Shown: positions 52,224 to 61,143 of the stretch, piece by piece | Numbering within the stretch: position 1 is the first letter of the stretch | How the letters are laid out: each line of letters begins with the position of its first letter | From: Gemmatimonadales bacterium | GTDB lineage: Bacteria > Gemmatimonadota > Gemmatimonadetes > Gemmatimonadales > GWC2-71-9 | Assembly: GCA_037189525.1 (NCBI GenBank) | Contig: JBBCJC010000002.1 | Span: 448,001 to 512,000, forward strand | Reading direction: 5' to 3' | Length of the DNA: 64,000 nt | Made by a program: the position numbers and the translations under genes | The notes under the pieces: model-generated | Databases searched by the model: none | Told to the model about the DNA's origin: nothing | What the model saw: only the letters and a program-made list of their open reading frames with translations

Positions 52224-53306
52224 ATGATCAGGCGTAGTCGACCTAACGTGATACAGACGCAATTCCGGACCTGGAGCGCGGCGGCGGGTCTCGGAGCGCT
52301 GTTGCTTGCAGGATGCGACATCCCCACCGCGGCCCCCATCATTGATTCGCAATGGGTCGTCCCCATCCGGGCCGACAGCGTCACGGTGGTCGAACTGCTG
52401 CCCGACGGTGTCACGAGCGACGGAGTCGGCTTCCAGATCCGGGGCGAGCAGGCCGGTCAAGACCAGACCTTGCGTCAGCTCTGCCCGTCCTGTCCGGCCG
52501 GCTTGGCGCCGAAGCCGGCCTTCGAAGGTACCGTGACTGCCCGCACCGCCCTGCCAGCGGATGTGGTCCGTGCGACCCTGCTTGCCGGCGGCCACATCGA
52601 CTTTTCCGTTCGGCACGATCTCGGCTTCGATCCGCTCCGGCCCTCTCCGACTGCGCGAGGCCGGATCACAATCACGGTCCGCTCCGGCGCTGCGGTGATT
52701 GCCACATCCGTCATCGACGGCACCGAGACGGCGCTTCCGGCGGGAACCATGTACCAGCGAATCGTATCGATTCCGGGTGGTGCCGTGATCGAGAACGATG
52801 TCGTGATCGAGGTTCGGATCGTGTCACCGGCGGGAGGAATCACGCGTCTCGATCCGAATCAGCGGGTGACGGTCTCCGCCTTGCCCGTCGCGATCCGGGC
52901 GTCATCGGCCGTAGTGCGAGTGGAATCACAGCCGGTGTCGCCGATGGTGACCGAGGTGGACCTGGCAGGTGTCAGCGACGATGTCCGATCGCGGGTGCGT
53001 GGCGCGACCCTGCGGCTCCGGGTCGCCAATCCGCTCGCCGTCGGCGGCACCTTCAACATCCGGTTTCTGAATCGGGGTGCGCCCCTGATTCCGGCCCGTT
53101 CCGCGCTGGTAACCGGTGGCGACGAAACCATCGATATCGATCTCTCCCAGGCAGAGATCGATGCCATTCTGGCGGCAGACCGAGTGCAGGTCGAAGTCGG
53201 CGGCTCCGTCAGCGGGTCGACGGCGGGCCGCCTGGTCACCGTCACGCCGCGCGATGTCGTTCGGATCACGCCGCGGATCATCCTCGACGCGAGGATCGGC
53301 GAATGA
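52224..53306 (+). CDS. Hypothetical lipoprotein
   Basis: Lipobox LAGC; beta-rich; start may be GTG 52248. Confidence 0.75.
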   Translation: MIRRSRPNVIQTQFRTWSAAAGLGALLLAGCDIPTAAPIIDSQWVVPIRADSVTVVELLPDGVTSDGVGFQIRGEQAGQDQTLRQLCPSCPAGLAPKPAFEGTVTARTALPADVVRATLLAGGHIDFSVRHDLGFDPLRPSPTARGRITITVRSGAAVIATSVIDGTETALPAGTMYQRIVSIPGGAVIENDVVIEVRIVSPAGGITRLDPNQRVTVSALPVAIRASSAVVRVESQPVSPMVTEVDLAGVSDDVRSRVRGATLRLRVANPLAVGGTFNIRFLNRGAPLIPARSALVTGGDETIDIDLSQAEIDAILAADRVQVEVGGSVSGSTAGRLVTVTPRDVVRITPRIILDARIGE

Positions 53307-54565
53307 CGATACGTGCTTGGTGGGCAATGATCGGCGCTCTGCTGATGTGGCCGAGTGTCATCGTAGCACAGCACACCGCGGGAAGCGCCCGGGCTCGGGG
53401 CATGGCCGATGCCTTCGGCGCGGCCGCACGCGGGGCCGAAGCGGTGACCTACAATCCCGCCAACCTGGGTCTGCGCAGCAATCCAAAGTTCAGCCTCGCA
53501 CTGCCCGCCGCCGTAGTCGGGTACGGTACGGCTCCGATTCCGCTGGCCGACCTCGATCGCTATGGCGGCCAGGTCGTTCCTGAGCAGGTCAAGGCTGCGT
53601 GGCTGGCAGCCATTCCCGAAGGTGGCGCCTTTCGCGGGACGGTCAATGCCAATCTGACGGGCGTGGGCGTGTCGGTGGGTCGATTCGGTTTTGCCGTGGG
53701 TGGCGTCGGTCACGCGTCGATGGCGCTGCCTCGATCGGCTGCCGAACTACTGCTATACGGCAATGCCGACTTCGACGGCTCGTTCAGCGGCGGGTCCGGG
53801 CGCTACTTCGCGACCAGCTTCGTGTCGGCGGGCGGCGGGTTTCCCCTTGCGCGGCTGGCGGATGGTGTGTTGGCCATCGGTGGCTCGATCAAGTACGTCC
53901 AGGGCCACGCCTTCGGATCGATCTGGAACTTGGCTGGATCGGTGTCGGGTGGCGATGCGACGACGGACATTCGTTTTCCCGCCGTGACGGTGGGCGGCGG
54001 GAATCGGGGAATCGGCGCCGATCTCGGCATCGCGTGGGAAAGCGATCGTCTCTCGCTCGGCGTCGCGATCTCCGATCTGGTCAATACCCTGGCGTGGTCG
54101 AGCCGTGACGCGCGTGTCCGGGATGGCCGCGCCTTGATCACCGCCGATACGATTCGGATGGACTTCGATGATCTTGCCCTCGACGACCCGGCCCTGCCGT
54201 CGGCACTCGCTCTCGATGCCCGGACTCGGCTCGAGGCGGCGCAGATCAGTCCCACGGTGCGCCTGTCAGGTGCGTACAGAGGCACGCGGGTGCTGCTGAC
54301 CGCGGATCTCCTACATTATGGGGGCGACCAGGCCGCGCTCCGCTCGAGCCAAGGAACCGAGATCGGCGTGGGCGGCGAGTATCTGCCGGTCTCGTTCCTG
54401 CGCCTTCGGGCCGGGGCGGGCATCGGCGACGGCGGGGGACGCTGGACCGTAGGCACCGGCGTCCTGCTCAACGCATTCGCACTCGAGGCCGCCTACGGCC
54501 GTCACCGCCTCGAGGGCGAGACGCTGTCGTTGCTGTCGCTCGGTCTGACCATCGGCCTCCGTTAG
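53303..54565 (+). CDS. Outer-membrane beta-barrel (DUF5723 / FadL-PorV-like)
   Basis: Signal peptide, ARARGMADAF.A.ARG.EA..YNPANL motif, LRLRAG, ATGA overlap with the upstream lipoprotein. Confidence 0.7.
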   Translation: MTIRAWWAMIGALLMWPSVIVAQHTAGSARARGMADAFGAAARGAEAVTYNPANLGLRSNPKFSLALPAAVVGYGTAPIPLADLDRYGGQVVPEQVKAAWLAAIPEGGAFRGTVNANLTGVGVSVGRFGFAVGGVGHASMALPRSAAELLLYGNADFDGSFSGGSGRYFATSFVSAGGGFPLARLADGVLAIGGSIKYVQGHAFGSIWNLAGSVSGGDATTDIRFPAVTVGGGNRGIGADLGIAWESDRLSLGVAISDLVNTLAWSSRDARVRDGRALITADTIRMDFDDLALDDPALPSALALDARTRLEAAQISPTVRLSGAYRGTRVLLTADLLHYGGDQAALRSSQGTEIGVGGEYLPVSFLRLRAGAGIGDGGGRWTVGTGVLLNAFALEAAYGRHRLEGETLSLLSLGLTIGLR

Positions 54566-54629
54566 GCAACCGCCCCACTCGATCTGCGGGCGACGCACCT
54601 GCCGCCCGCAGCAGCTGTCCTGCAAGGGT

Positions 54630-56405
54630 CTATCGCGTAATCGGTACTTCCAACACGCTCGGATACTTGGGATCGTGGTGCAATGTGATGCGGGCGGTGC
54701 GCGCATCCTTGCCCGATTCGTTCGCCACCACACCGCCGCCATTGTAATTCTTCTGCAGCGCGATGGTATTCGGCGAGCGAACGAACAAGCGGAGCCGGCT
54801 CCCCTTGGTGAAGCGCCGTGCAAAGAAGGGGAAGTGCTCGAATCGATACGGCAGCACTACGCCCGGCGTCACCAGCTTTTCCTGTCGCAACGACTCCCGA
54901 TATCGCGCCCGCAGGAGTGAGCTCGTCAGCTGGCGGGTTTGCCCATCGGGCAGCACCTCGTAGAGGGTGACCCAGAGATCGGTATCGGGTACGTCCATCG
55001 AAAGCCATGCCGTGAACTTGATCTGACCGGCCACCTCGATGTCTTCCGGGAACGGCTCCGAGTGATAGATCAGCCCGTTGCCGCCGGTCTGATAGACCGG
55101 GGTCGGATCGACGAACGACATGGCCCACGGGTTGGTGGCCGACTCCATGTACGGAACCGAGTCGAGCGGATTGTAGACGTAGCGATCGGGCGTCGAGGCG
55201 ACCGGTGACGCCGTCGAGAGCGTGCCGCTCGCGAAAACGTCGTTGGCTCGTCCATTGGTGGAGTGCAGGTAGTAGCGCCGGACCTCGTTCGCGATCGCTT
55301 CGAGGCTGTCTGCGTACTTCCAGACGTCGCTCCCGGCGACGTAGTAGGCCACCGGCTTCTTGAGGAACGACGGTCGCGGTCCGTCTTTCATGGTCCAGTC
55401 GTACCACTCCTTGTGGAGCTGCGCGATGTCGACCATGCTGTTGTCGCCGAACTCGATGCCGTTGACGTTGCGGGTCGGCGTTCTCGTCCCGCCGTGATCC
55501 CACGGGCCCATCACCATGAACATCTGCTTCCGCGCTTCCGGCGTGGCGTGCTCGAGGAAGCGGTGATAGTGCATCAGCGTGCCGAGCTGATCGCCGTCGT
55601 AGTGACCGGTGATGGTGAGGATGGGTTGGGTGATCCTGCGATACTGCTCGGGTGTCGGGGCCACGCCGTCCCAGTAGGCATCCGGTGCGGGATGCTGGAG
55701 CCATTTCTGGAACATGGTGGATGTGTTGCCTGCCAAGCTATCGAGCACTCGGAACGGCAAGTGGTTGCGATGCAGCGTGCGCGCCACCGAGGCCCAGTGC
55801 GCCATGTCGCCGAAGATGCCGGCCTGGGCGGTGGCGCCGCTCGTGAACGTGAGCCACTGGATCACGTAGGTGTTGAAGATGTTGCCGTCGAAGGGGAAGT
55901 CATGCCCGACATAGGCCGGCGCCACCGGGACGATGGTGGTCAGGTGCGGTGGCATCTCTTTGATGGTGGCCCACTGGTCGGTGCCGCCGTAGGACCCGCC
56001 CCACATTGCGGTCTTGCCGTTGGACCAGGGCTGCTTGGCCATCCACTCGACAATATCGTGCCCGTCTTTGGCTTCGTTGACGAAGGGCTCGAACCGGCCT
56101 TCGGAGTTCCCGCGTCCGCGGACGTCGACCGCGACGAAGACGTAGCCGTCCCGCGCGCTGCGCACCCCGAAGCGGTGATAGGTGTCGCTGATGTATGGTG
56201 TCTGCGTGAACACCACCGGTAGCGGCGCCGTCTGGCCGCGCACCCGATAGACCGTGGCGTTGAGACGAACTCCGTCGCGCATCGGGATCTTCTGGCCCCA
56301 GAGGATTTCGATGTCCTGCGGAACCGGCGTGGTCTGGGGCTGCGCGGCCACCGAGGCGACGAGGCCCGCCAGGAGGACGGCGGTGAGGGCCCATTTCGTC
56401 ATCAT
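54630..56405 (-). CDS. CocE/NonD family hydrolase
   Basis: IPMRDGVRL, TPY, DVRGRGNSEG, GGSYGG, GPWDH. Confidence 0.92.
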   Translation of the reverse strand: MMTKWALTAVLLAGLVASVAAQPQTTPVPQDIEILWGQKIPMRDGVRLNATVYRVRGQTAPLPVVFTQTPYISDTYHRFGVRSARDGYVFVAVDVRGRGNSEGRFEPFVNEAKDGHDIVEWMAKQPWSNGKTAMWGGSYGGTDQWATIKEMPPHLTTIVPVAPAYVGHDFPFDGNIFNTYVIQWLTFTSGATAQAGIFGDMAHWASVARTLHRNHLPFRVLDSLAGNTSTMFQKWLQHPAPDAYWDGVAPTPEQYRRITQPILTITGHYDGDQLGTLMHYHRFLEHATPEARKQMFMVMGPWDHGGTRTPTRNVNGIEFGDNSMVDIAQLHKEWYDWTMKDGPRPSFLKKPVAYYVAGSDVWKYADSLEAIANEVRRYYLHSTNGRANDVFASGTLSTASPVASTPDRYVYNPLDSVPYMESATNPWAMSFVDPTPVYQTGGNGLIYHSEPFPEDIEVAGQIKFTAWLSMDVPDTDLWVTLYEVLPDGQTRQLTSSLLRARYRESLRQEKLVTPGVVLPYRFEHFPFFARRFTKGSRLRLFVRSPNTIALQKNYNGGGVVANESGKDARTARITLHHDPKYPSVLEVPITR

Positions 56406-56603
56406 GCTCTCCGACGTTGGGATACGGCTGGGATGACTGGTGAATTTTTGACGTGAATTTCAACAGTATGTCCTAAAAACAGTGCACGGCCGGAGCCGAT
56501 CCGTCAAGGTCTGAAACGTCTTTGCCCGGGGACGGGACTGGTCAGGACATCGGATCGTCTCCACCATTGAAGAGGCGATCGGGATCATCGAGGTCTCGGT
56601 CGC

Positions 56604-56632
56604 GTTCAAACCCGTGAGGGCGGACCGGTATC
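56604..56632 (+). promoter_or_regulatory. Putative autoregulated ECF promoter (CAAACC-N15-GTATC)
   Basis: Same motif and spacing recurs at 58698-58726; lies 8 nt upstream of GTG 56641. Confidence 0.55.
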
Positions 56633-56640
56633 CAATCTTC

Positions 56641-57231
56641 GTGACCGCGATTCTGGCCTTGTCGCACCCTCTACCCGAGCTCGCCGCGTCGGATCCCGCG
56701 GACGATCGGGCCGCCGGCGAGCAGCTGGTGGCCCAGGCCTGCCGCGGGGACGAAGGGGCGTTCGAGCGACTCTACCGGACCCATGTCGGTCGGGTCCACG
56801 CGCTGACCCTGCGCCTCACCGACGACGCCAGGCACGCCGAGGAGTTGACTCAGGACGTGTTTGTTCGGGCCTGGGAGCGACTGGCCTCGTTTCGGGGAGA
56901 GAGTGCCTTCGGGACGTGGCTCCATCGCCTGGCGGTCAACGTCGTACTGGGCGACCGGCGGAGCGCCTGGCGCCGGGTCCGCCGAGTCACCCCGGCGGGC
57001 GACCTGTTGGAATTGGAGGCCGAGGTGCGGTCGGTGGCGCCGGGCCTCCGCCTGGATCTGGACACCGCGATTGCCGGCTTGCCACCCGGGGCCCGAACCG
57101 TCTTCGTGCTCCATGACATCGAGGGATACGATCACGGCGAGATCGCCGTCCTGACAGGCATCGCCGTGGGCACCTCGAAAGCCCAACTGTTTCGCGCGCG
57201 TCGCCTGCTACGAGAGGCGCTGGACCGATGA
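56641..57231 (+). CDS. ECF RNA polymerase sigma factor
   Basis: GDEGAFERLY, AEELTQDVFVRAW..L.SFRGESAFGTWLHRLAVN, FVLHDIEGY.H.EIA, GTSKAQL.RAR. Confidence 0.92.
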   Translation: MTAILALSHPLPELAASDPADDRAAGEQLVAQACRGDEGAFERLYRTHVGRVHALTLRLTDDARHAEELTQDVFVRAWERLASFRGESAFGTWLHRLAVNVVLGDRRSAWRRVRRVTPAGDLLELEAEVRSVAPGLRLDLDTAIAGLPPGARTVFVLHDIEGYDHGEIAVLTGIAVGTSKAQLFRARRLLREALDR

Positions 57232-57827
57232 CCTGCTCCGAAGTGCACGACTGCCTGGAGGCGTATCTCGACCGATCACTCGATCGTGCGCAGCGCGCTG
57301 GAGTCGATGCGCACCTTACCACGTGTGCCGACTGTCGCGCGGCCTGCGAAACGGCCAGCTGGCTCCGGCAGCGCACCGCCGCACTGCCTCGGCAGGTGGC
57401 TCCGTCTCGCGATCTCTGGGACGGCATCGCGCCGCGTCTGGCCCGGCGGCAGCGGCGGTACGCCATACCCCTTTCCGGACTGGTGGCGGCCGCGCTGCTG
57501 CTGGTGGCATCGAGCGCCACGATCACACTTTGGCTAACCCGTTCCTCCTCTCCCGCGGTGTCCGCCTTTGCCAGTACCGAGGCAGGCTATCTCTCGGCCA
57601 CTCTGGAGCTGACCGAACTCTATGCCCGCGCCCGGGAAACTATGACGCCCGAGACGCGCGCGGTGCTGGAGCGCAATCTCGAAGTGATCGAGCGGGCGTT
57701 AGGCGAGGCCCGAGCCGCGCTGCGGAGCGACCCCGCCGATCGGGCGCTCGAAGCCATCGTCGCCACGGCCTACCGCCGAAAGATCGAGTTTCTGGAACGC
57801 GCCACTCTGCTGGATCGGGACGGCTGA
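57228..57827 (+). CDS. Zinc-binding anti-sigma factor (zf-HC2) with one TM
   Basis: HLTTCADC (HxxxCxxC), TM helix, ATGA overlap with the sigma gene. Confidence 0.85.
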   Translation: MTCSEVHDCLEAYLDRSLDRAQRAGVDAHLTTCADCRAACETASWLRQRTAALPRQVAPSRDLWDGIAPRLARRQRRYAIPLSGLVAAALLLVASSATITLWLTRSSSPAVSAFASTEAGYLSATLELTELYARARETMTPETRAVLERNLEVIERALGEARAALRSDPADRALEAIVATAYRRKIEFLERATLLDRDG

Positions 57828-58729
57828 TGTACCGCACTGCCCTGGTCCTCGGTATGGCGCTGCTGGTGTCGAGCGCAGCGCCGTCTGCTGCGCAGGAGCG
57901 GGTCGAGCGCGGTTACTCGGCCACGTCCGACGTGGTGCTGCGGATCTTCAATATGGCCGGCAGTACTCGGATCACCGCGTGGGACCACGACTCGGTCCGG
58001 GTGACGGGAACGGTCGCCGCCGGCGGCCGCTTCTTCGGAGGCGGCGACCGCCGGATGGCAAAGCTCGGCGTCGAGGATCCGGCGGGCCGCCAGCCGCCGG
58101 GGGTGCTGGAAATCCAGGTGCCGCGCCGCGCCCGGGTCTGGGTCAAGAGCGCGTCGGCCGATGTCGCGCTGTCCGGCGTGGCGGGCGAGGTGGAGGTGAT
58201 GAGCGTGACCGGCACGATCCGGCTCGACGGCGCGCCGCGGGTGGCGACGCTGGAGTCGATCGAGGGAGACGTGACGGTGATGGGCGCGGCGACGGTGCTA
58301 CGAGTCCGGACCGGTGGCGGCTCGGTCCGCATCGACGAGGTGCGCGGCGATGTCTCGGTCGTCACGGTTGCGGGGTCGATCGCGATTGTGTCGCCCGAAG
58401 TATTGTCGGCTCGACTGGAAACGGCGTCGGGAGCCGTGACGTTCCGGAGCGGGGTGGGGCCGGACGGGCGGCTCGAGGTGGATACCCACGACGGCACCGT
58501 CGACCTGATCCTACCGTCCTCGATCGATGGGCGCTTCGATCTCTCGACCGTCAAAGGCAAGCTGACGGTCGGTCTGCCCGGCTACCGTCCCAAGGCAGGC
58601 CAAGATCGCTCCGCCACCTTTGCCACGGGAAAACGCTCGGCGGCCGGCGGGGGCATTGCGGTCACGGTGCGGACTTTTTCAGGCCAGGTGCGCATCGGTT
58701 CAAACCCCGGCGCCACGGGAGGCATCTGA
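57827..58729 (+). CDS. DUF4097 family beta-strand repeat protein
   Basis: Signal peptide, repeated (S/T)xxGx(I/V) units; TGATG overlap. Confidence 0.8.
   Translation: MYRTALVLGMALLVSSAAPSAAQERVERGYSATSDVVLRIFNMAGSTRITAWDHDSVRVTGTVAAGGRFFGGGDRRMAKLGVEDPAGRQPPGVLEIQVPRRARVWVKSASADVALSGVAGEVEVMSVTGTIRLDGAPRVATLESIEGDVTVMGAATVLRVRTGGGSVRIDEVRGDVSVVTVAGSIAIVSPEVLSARLETASGAVTFRSGVGPDGRLEVDTHDGTVDLILPSSIDGRFDLSTVKGKLTVGLPGYRPKAGQDRSATFATGKRSAAGGGIAVTVRTFSGQVRIGSNPGATGGI
58698..58726 (+). promoter_or_regulatory. Second copy of the ECF promoter motif (CAAACC-N15-GCATC)
   Basis: GTTCAAACCC identical to 56604-56613; 31 nt upstream of ATG 58758. Confidence 0.5.
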
Positions 58730-58757
58730 CAGATACCTTCAACCGTGGAGTCGTCTC

Positions 58758-59234
58758 ATGTTTGCTCGTCGATTGCTGCTCTCGACCCTGTTGGTGACTG
58801 GTCTTGCCGCGCCGCTCCTGGCTGGTCCGCCCTGGATCAGCATCGAACTCCCGCCCAGTCCGTTCGATGCCGCGAGCCGCAACGCGGTCCTCCTGGTCCA
58901 TGCCTTTCACTATCGCCAGAATGCCAATGAAGGTGTGACCGGCCGGGCGGTCGGCATCGTCAATGGCGTGCGTCGGACGATGACGCTCCAACTCGATCGC
59001 ACTTCCCGTCCCGGTGTCTTTGCGCTCAGGAATACCTGGGGCGCCACGGGTGACTGGACCCTGATCCTGTCGGCAACCCAGGAGCATGGGCATGCGGCCG
59101 AGGTCATGGTTAAAATGACGGGCGCGCGGGTGGTGGCGGTCGAAGCGGCGACCGAGCCCAGCCAACATGCGGAGCTGCCGATCATGCCGCGACGCTTTAC
59201 CGATGCCGAGATCGAGGCATCGCTCAGACGCTAG
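58758..59234 (+). CDS. Hypothetical secreted protein
   Basis: GGAG SD, signal peptide, GPPWISIE.P..P.D..R.A.LLVH.FH. Confidence 0.75.
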   Translation: MFARRLLLSTLLVTGLAAPLLAGPPWISIELPPSPFDAASRNAVLLVHAFHYRQNANEGVTGRAVGIVNGVRRTMTLQLDRTSRPGVFALRNTWGATGDWTLILSATQEHGHAAEVMVKMTGARVVAVEAATEPSQHAELPIMPRRFTDAEIEASLRR

Positions 59235-59241
59235 GAGGGAT

Positions 59242-59862
59242 ATGGGACTGGCCGAGGGATTGGTGCGGGGTGAGGACGGACAGGTCCGGTGCTGGTGGGG
59301 GACGTCGGCGCCGGATTACGCGGCCTATCACGATACCGAGTGGGGCTGGCCGGTTCACGACGATCGGCGGTTGTTCGAGAAGATCTGCCTCGAGGGATTT
59401 CAGTCGGGCCTGAGCTGGCTCACCATCCTTCGCAAGCGGGAGAACTTCCGCCGCGCGTTTCGCGACTTCGACGTGCACGCCATCGCGCGGTTTGGCGCGC
59501 GCGATGTGTCCCGGTTGCTGGGCGACGCCGGCATCGTTCGTCATCGGGGCAAGATCGAATCGACGATCAACAACGCGAAGCAAGCCAAACTGATTGAGAA
59601 TGAGTTTGGTTCGCTTGCTTCCTACTTCTGGAGCTTCGAGCCCGCGCCGGCCTCGCGTCCGCGGAAGATGACCCGTGGCGCGGTGGTCTCGACCAGTCCG
59701 GAGTCGATCGCCCTGTCGCGCGACCTCAAGAAGCGCGGCTGGAGCTTCGTTGGACCGACCACCATATACGCATTCATGCAGGCCATGGGGCTCGTCAACG
59801 ACCATCTCGACGGCTGCCACGTTCGGGGCCCCGCCCTTGCGGTACGCCAAGGGATGGATTGA
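59242..59862 (+). CDS. tag: DNA-3-methyladenine glycosylase I
   Basis: RCWW..Y..YHDTEWG, LFEKICLEGFQSGLSW.TIL.KRENFR, FVGPTT.YAFMQA.G.VNDH..C. Confidence 0.95.
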   Translation: MGLAEGLVRGEDGQVRCWWGTSAPDYAAYHDTEWGWPVHDDRRLFEKICLEGFQSGLSWLTILRKRENFRRAFRDFDVHAIARFGARDVSRLLGDAGIVRHRGKIESTINNAKQAKLIENEFGSLASYFWSFEPAPASRPRKMTRGAVVSTSPESIALSRDLKKRGWSFVGPTTIYAFMQAMGLVNDHLDGCHVRGPALAVRQGMD

Positions 59863-60000
59863 GATTTCAGGTCGGCCGCCGGGATGGGGCCGAATCTGGA
59901 TCATTCAAGTCGTTGCAGGGGCTACGTTTAGCCTCCAGGGGCCTCGCGGGGTTGGCGTCGGGGCGTTAACTTTCCTCCGTCTCAACTAACTAACGAACTG

Positions 60001-61020
60001 ATGAGCACCAAGGACATTGTCAGCAACAAGTGGCGAGAACTCGTCATCAAGTATCAGCAGCCCAGCACCAAGTCTGCCGTTACCCAGATCCTGACCACCT
60101 TCATTCCGCTGGTGGCCGGCCTGGTCCTGATGGCCATGGCCATGAAGGTGCATTACGGTCTCGTCCTCTTACTGGCGATTCCGACTGGTGGCCTGCTGGT
60201 CCGGATCTTCATCGTCATGCATGACTGTGGACACGGGTCGTTTTTCCGGTCTCGCCGGCTCAACGACATCTTCGGGTTCATCACCGGCTGCATGACCTTT
60301 ACGCCCTACATCCAGTGGCGGCGGGACCACGCGGTGCATCACGCCTCGTCGGGCAATCTCGAAAAGCGCGGCGTCGGTGATATTGCGACCCTGACGGTCA
60401 AGGAATACGAAGCCTTGTCGCCGTGGGGGCGGTTCAAGTACCGGATCTACCGGAACCCGCTCATTCTGCTGCTTTTCGGTCCGGTCTGGCTGGTCATCAA
60501 GCATCGGCTGCCGACCCCGGGTGTCCATACCACCAAGAAGGAAAAGCTCAACGTCTGGCTGACCAATGCGACCCTGGTGGCCGTGGGGATCGTGCTGGCG
60601 ATGTTCGGCGTTCTGGGCCAGGCTGCGGCGATCTACCTGCCCGCCTTTCTGGTGGCCGGATCGGCCGGTGTCTGGCTCTTCTATGTCCAGCATCAGTTCG
60701 AGGACACCTACTGGCGGCCCGCCGCCGAGTGGGATTATGCCACCTCGGCGCTCAAGGGCAGCAGCTACCTCAAGCTGCCCAAGGTGCTCCAGTGGTTTTC
60801 CGGTAACATCGGACTCCATCACGTGCACCACCTGAGCCCGCGGATTCCCAACTACCGGCTCCAGCAGGCGCACGACGAGCAGCCCGAGTTGCAGGACGTG
60901 CCGACCATCTCGGCCTGGGACGGGCTCAAGGCGCTTCGGCTCCGGCTCTGGGACGAGGAGAACATGCGTCTGATCGGGTTCCGCGAGTTTCGGCAGCAGC
61001 GGGCGCTCCGGTCCAACTGA
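60001..61020 (+). CDS. des: Membrane fatty acid desaturase (Des-like)
   Basis: His boxes HDCGH, HAVHH, HHVHH; YVQHQFED; PRIPNY.L. Confidence 0.92.
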   Translation: MSTKDIVSNKWRELVIKYQQPSTKSAVTQILTTFIPLVAGLVLMAMAMKVHYGLVLLLAIPTGGLLVRIFIVMHDCGHGSFFRSRRLNDIFGFITGCMTFTPYIQWRRDHAVHHASSGNLEKRGVGDIATLTVKEYEALSPWGRFKYRIYRNPLILLLFGPVWLVIKHRLPTPGVHTTKKEKLNVWLTNATLVAVGIVLAMFGVLGQAAAIYLPAFLVAGSAGVWLFYVQHQFEDTYWRPAAEWDYATSALKGSSYLKLPKVLQWFSGNIGLHHVHHLSPRIPNYRLQQAHDEQPELQDVPTISAWDGLKALRLRLWDEENMRLIGFREFRQQRALRSN

Positions 61021-61043
61021 TCGGACGGAGTTTGCGACATCGG

Positions 61044-61076
61044 CGGGGCGGCACGGGGTGCCGCCCCGTTTCGTTT
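61044..61076 (+). terminator. Intrinsic terminator after the desaturase
   Basis: CGGGGCGGCAC-N3-GTGCCGCCCCG then TTTCGTTT. Confidence 0.75.
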
Positions 61077-61143
61077 CCGGCAGTTCGGCGCTACGTTGGC
61101 GCGACGAGGTTTCTGACCCCACTCGAGCGAAGGTGATCGTCCC

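Noticed and set aside
59863..60000. SD-less leader with AACTAACTAAC before the desaturase as a cold-sensing element
   Set aside because: No recognisable structure or known motif; speculative
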